DNA of 64,000 bases from Bugula neritina (taxonomy: Eukaryota > Animalia > Bryozoa), in NCBI GenBank assembly GCA_964035545.1, contig OZ037768.1, positions 7,968,741 through 8,032,740 on the forward strand. Direction: 5' to 3'. Positions 61,398 to 64,000 of the stretch are shown piece by piece. The translations under genes were made by a program, and so were the position numbers. Position 1 is the stretch's first letter. Every line of letters begins with the position of its first letter. The notes beneath the pieces are model-generated. The model was given only the letters and a program-made list of their open reading frames with translations. It made no database searches and had not been told where the DNA came from.

Positions 61398-62685
61398 GGG
61401 GGGGGGGGCACAACGGTCATAGGGGTACAAAAAGCCGGCCAAATTGTGAGAGAACTTATTAACTTAAAGTTGTGATTTTTTTTTCATAAAAAGATATTGA
61501 CATAATTATTTAGCTTTTGTAGTTTCAACACTTGCGGAACATACGTGTTGAAAAGGCGAGTAAAAAACTGTTTTTACCTACTTTTTGTAAATTTTTTAGG
61601 ACGTCGTTAAAGCCTCATAACTTTTTACACTCAAAGGCAAGAAGCCTAGATTTTACTAATATTGTTGCCATTGCTTGTCTCTACAATGCTTAACTAGTAT
61701 AACAGCAAACACTGAAATAAATTTTCCTTGAGGCACATTTACTCTTAATTTGGCCACACGGGGCACAATGGGCCACCTGATTATTGCACTCTGATCACTG
61801 TTATTAGTTTGTTTGCCTAAAAAGTTGGTTGAACTGTTACTAAAATCTATAGATATAGCCATTTCTGACCTTTTTGTAAAATATAAAAGACATCATGGTA
61901 AGACTACAAAACTACAAGTTGAAGCTCCCCTAATATATACATCTGGTGAGGTTAAAGCTTTGCAATTTTATACATAATACAAAACACTCTGCTGTTGCTA
62001 CTAGTAGATAGTCATGATAATCATTATATATTACACCATTGAGGGAATATACATGTATTTGACTGAAATAAATTGTGATTTGCTCATTTGCTTCCCCTCT
62101 TCCCTCCGTACTTCAGTCACAAACCTCAGTCATGCATGCACCTTAGCTACAGTCCATAGAAAAAAGTCTACTCGGATTTTTGTAGTACACGTTACTAAAG
62201 TTTTTTTTTAATAAACGTTGCTCTGAAGTGAAAATAACAGAACATTTTTAGTTCTAAACAGTAATGATAATGGCATTGCAGAACTGAGTGACGTGCGTTT
62301 GATTTTGCCTTCCTCTGCTAACCGTAGTAACACAAACTGTACAGCTAAAACATGAATTTTGCTGTAGATCTGAAAGAGAATCTTTATTTATTTGTAATAT
62401 TAAATAAATAAAGATCAGATGTAACAAAATATACGCAAAATTTCAATATATTTGTTGTGTCCCATTGTACCCCGGTACCGGGGCACAATGGGCCGATTTT
62501 TTTGTCGTGAACATTTCATTATTCTGAAAGTTGTGAGAGAGATAGAAACAAAAAACTGATACCTGTAATAGACAACATATGCAGCATTAAAACTAGAGAT
62601 TATTGAACTAGTAACTTGAAAAACAGACAAATGAGAGCAACAAATGCAAAATTCGGCCCGTTGTGCCCCCCCCCCCCCCCGTTAC

Positions 62686-62688
<3 letters not shown>
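61398..62688. mobile_element. About 1.3-kb non-autonomous TIR element (MITE-like) inserted in a TA tract
   Basis: The left end G(n)CACAACGG and right end CCGTTGTGC(n) are inverted. Internal GGGCACAATGGGCC copies occur at about 61760 and 62481. (TA)n flanks both sides (61370-61396 and 62689-62746). Confidence 0.65.

Positions 62689-62746
<58 letters not shown>
62689..62746. repeat. (TA)n microsatellite
   Basis: Read directly. Confidence 0.95.
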
Positions 62747-62749
<3 letters not shown>

Positions 62750-62913
62750 CTAGACTACTTGAAGCCAAGATGAGTACGTTTAAGTTTTTTACAGGAAACA
62801 TTCAGTGGTGCAAGGGAAACAACTCTTATCAAGATTTTTTAGAAGAAATATCTTACAAATGAGAGACACTTTTAGAGAAAGTTTCAACATTTTATTTGAA
62901 TGCATTGACCGAA

Positions 62914-64000
62914 ATGCTTTGCCATAATCTCTATATTACTGTGTTTGTGCTAAGATTATGCATTGCGCTTAGTGATAAACTTAGCTCTCAAAAACAGCTA
63001 AAAAGGAAAGAACACGACAGCTTTGTTTATGAAAAGCATAAGAAAAGTCAAAGCTCAGACAAATCAAGAGATGAGCTAGTTAAGATTTCTCTACAAGCTT
63101 CTCATCAGCTAGAAACTAATATTGCACATACATATACACTGAACTCACTTGAAGATGTCAACAAGTTTAAAAGCGAAATGACTGAACTTAGTGAAAACAT
63201 ACAGCTGACTATTATCAGAAGAAGTAGCTCGTCTCTGATTTTAAACTTAAAACACAGCCCACTACTAATTTCTAAAAATTTCTTTACAAAGTATTTTACT
63301 TCAAGTGGAGCTCCGGTTATCAAGAGTGCGGATGAACAGGATGTTGAGCTTGCACATTGTTTCTTCACTGGTAATGTTCAAAATCAAGTGTATTCAATGG
63401 TTTCACTAAATTTTTGTAATGGAGTCAAAGGTACTATAGAACTATTTAACAGCACATATAGGATAACACCAACGGTCATAAGTGACAAACTAAATCATCA
63501 CTTGTACCTGATGAATACAACCAACAGGAAGGATGAGTTGAAGAAGTGTGGTACTGAAGAGGCACACCATTTTAGCAAAAGCAAAAATTTCAGCAATTCA
63601 ACAAATTATGCAAAAAACCAAAACAAACGAGAATTGAATCAGAAAAGACCAGTTGCCGGTTACAGTTCAACAACTAAATACGTAGAAATGGTTCTTGTCA
63701 TGGACAACAGCCAATTTCGAAGAGCAGGCAGTATTGAAGCTACAGTTGTCCGAGCAATGACTCTTGTGAATCACGCAAACTTTTTACTGAAGCAATTAGA
63801 TATCTACATTGCAGTGATTAGCTTAGAAATCTGGAATGATAGAGACAAAATCCCGTACCCTGAAGCAAGGGATGGTTCAGGGGGTGTCAACCACAATCAA
63901 CTTTTAAGTAACCTTAGAAGATATCGGCAGCATAAACTGAACTGGAATCTTCCTAATGACAACATCCAATTATTTTCAACTGTAGACTTTGAAGGCAGCA
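62914..64000 (+). CDS. 3'-partial second ADAM/reprolysin paralog (signal, prodomain and start of the catalytic domain in one exon)
   Basis: Uninterrupted frame from ATG 62914 to the window end; it is absent from the ORF track because it has no stop. Signal MLCHNLYITVFVLRLCIA; LLISKNFFTKYF, HCFFTGN..VSLNFCNGVKG, Cys-switch-like KKCGT, KYVEMVLVMDNS..GSIEAT, LDIYI..LEIWNDRDKIP; colinear with gene 1. Confidence 0.9.
   Translation, partial: MLCHNLYITVFVLRLCIALSDKLSSQKQLKRKEHDSFVYEKHKKSQSSDKSRDELVKISLQASHQLETNIAHTYTLNSLEDVNKFKSEMTELSENIQLTIIRRSSSSLILNLKHSPLLISKNFFTKYFTSSGAPVIKSADEQDVELAHCFFTGNVQNQVYSMVSLNFCNGVKGTIELFNSTYRITPTVISDKLNHHLYLMNTTNRKDELKKCGTEEAHHFSKSKNFSNSTNYAKNQNKRELNQKRPVAGYSSTTKYVEMVLVMDNSQFRRAGSIEATVVRAMTLVNHANFLLKQLDIYIAVISLEIWNDRDKIPYPEARDGSGGVNHNQLLSNLRRYRQHKLNWNLPNDNIQLFSTVDFEGS

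Overview
AT-rich, intron-dense animal (invertebrate) genomic DNA; no prokaryotic features such as CRISPR or rRNA. Spliced genes were reconstructed by hand from GT-AG sites, and every exon sum closes in frame. (1) The 3' part (36 exons, about 3,070 aa in the window) of a very large type-I membrane protein: ConA/LamG3-like repeats, then a neurexin-like LNS/EGF array, one TM helix, a Gly/Ser/Tyr-rich linker and a cytoplasmic WD40 propeller of about 8 blades. (2) NELF-B/COBRA1, whose terminal splice acceptor is amplified into a 22-copy minisatellite. (3) A convergent secreted EndoU with two somatomedin-B domains. (4) A coronin with two candidate alternative coiled-coil terminal exons. (5) Two tandem, divergent ADAM/reprolysin genes; the first ends in a mucin stalk and GPI-like tail instead of a TM plus cytoplasmic tail. 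Mobile DNA includes a 332-bp TRIM-like element with tRNA-derived 106-bp LTRs and a 5-bp TSD, a decayed Academ-like DNA transposon with a nested RTE-like LINE fragment, a TA-flanked MITE and three tRNA-derived SINE relics. The best novelty candidates are the LNS-TM-WD40 receptor and the tRNA-LTR mini-retroelement. All family assignments come from motif recognition, not database searches.
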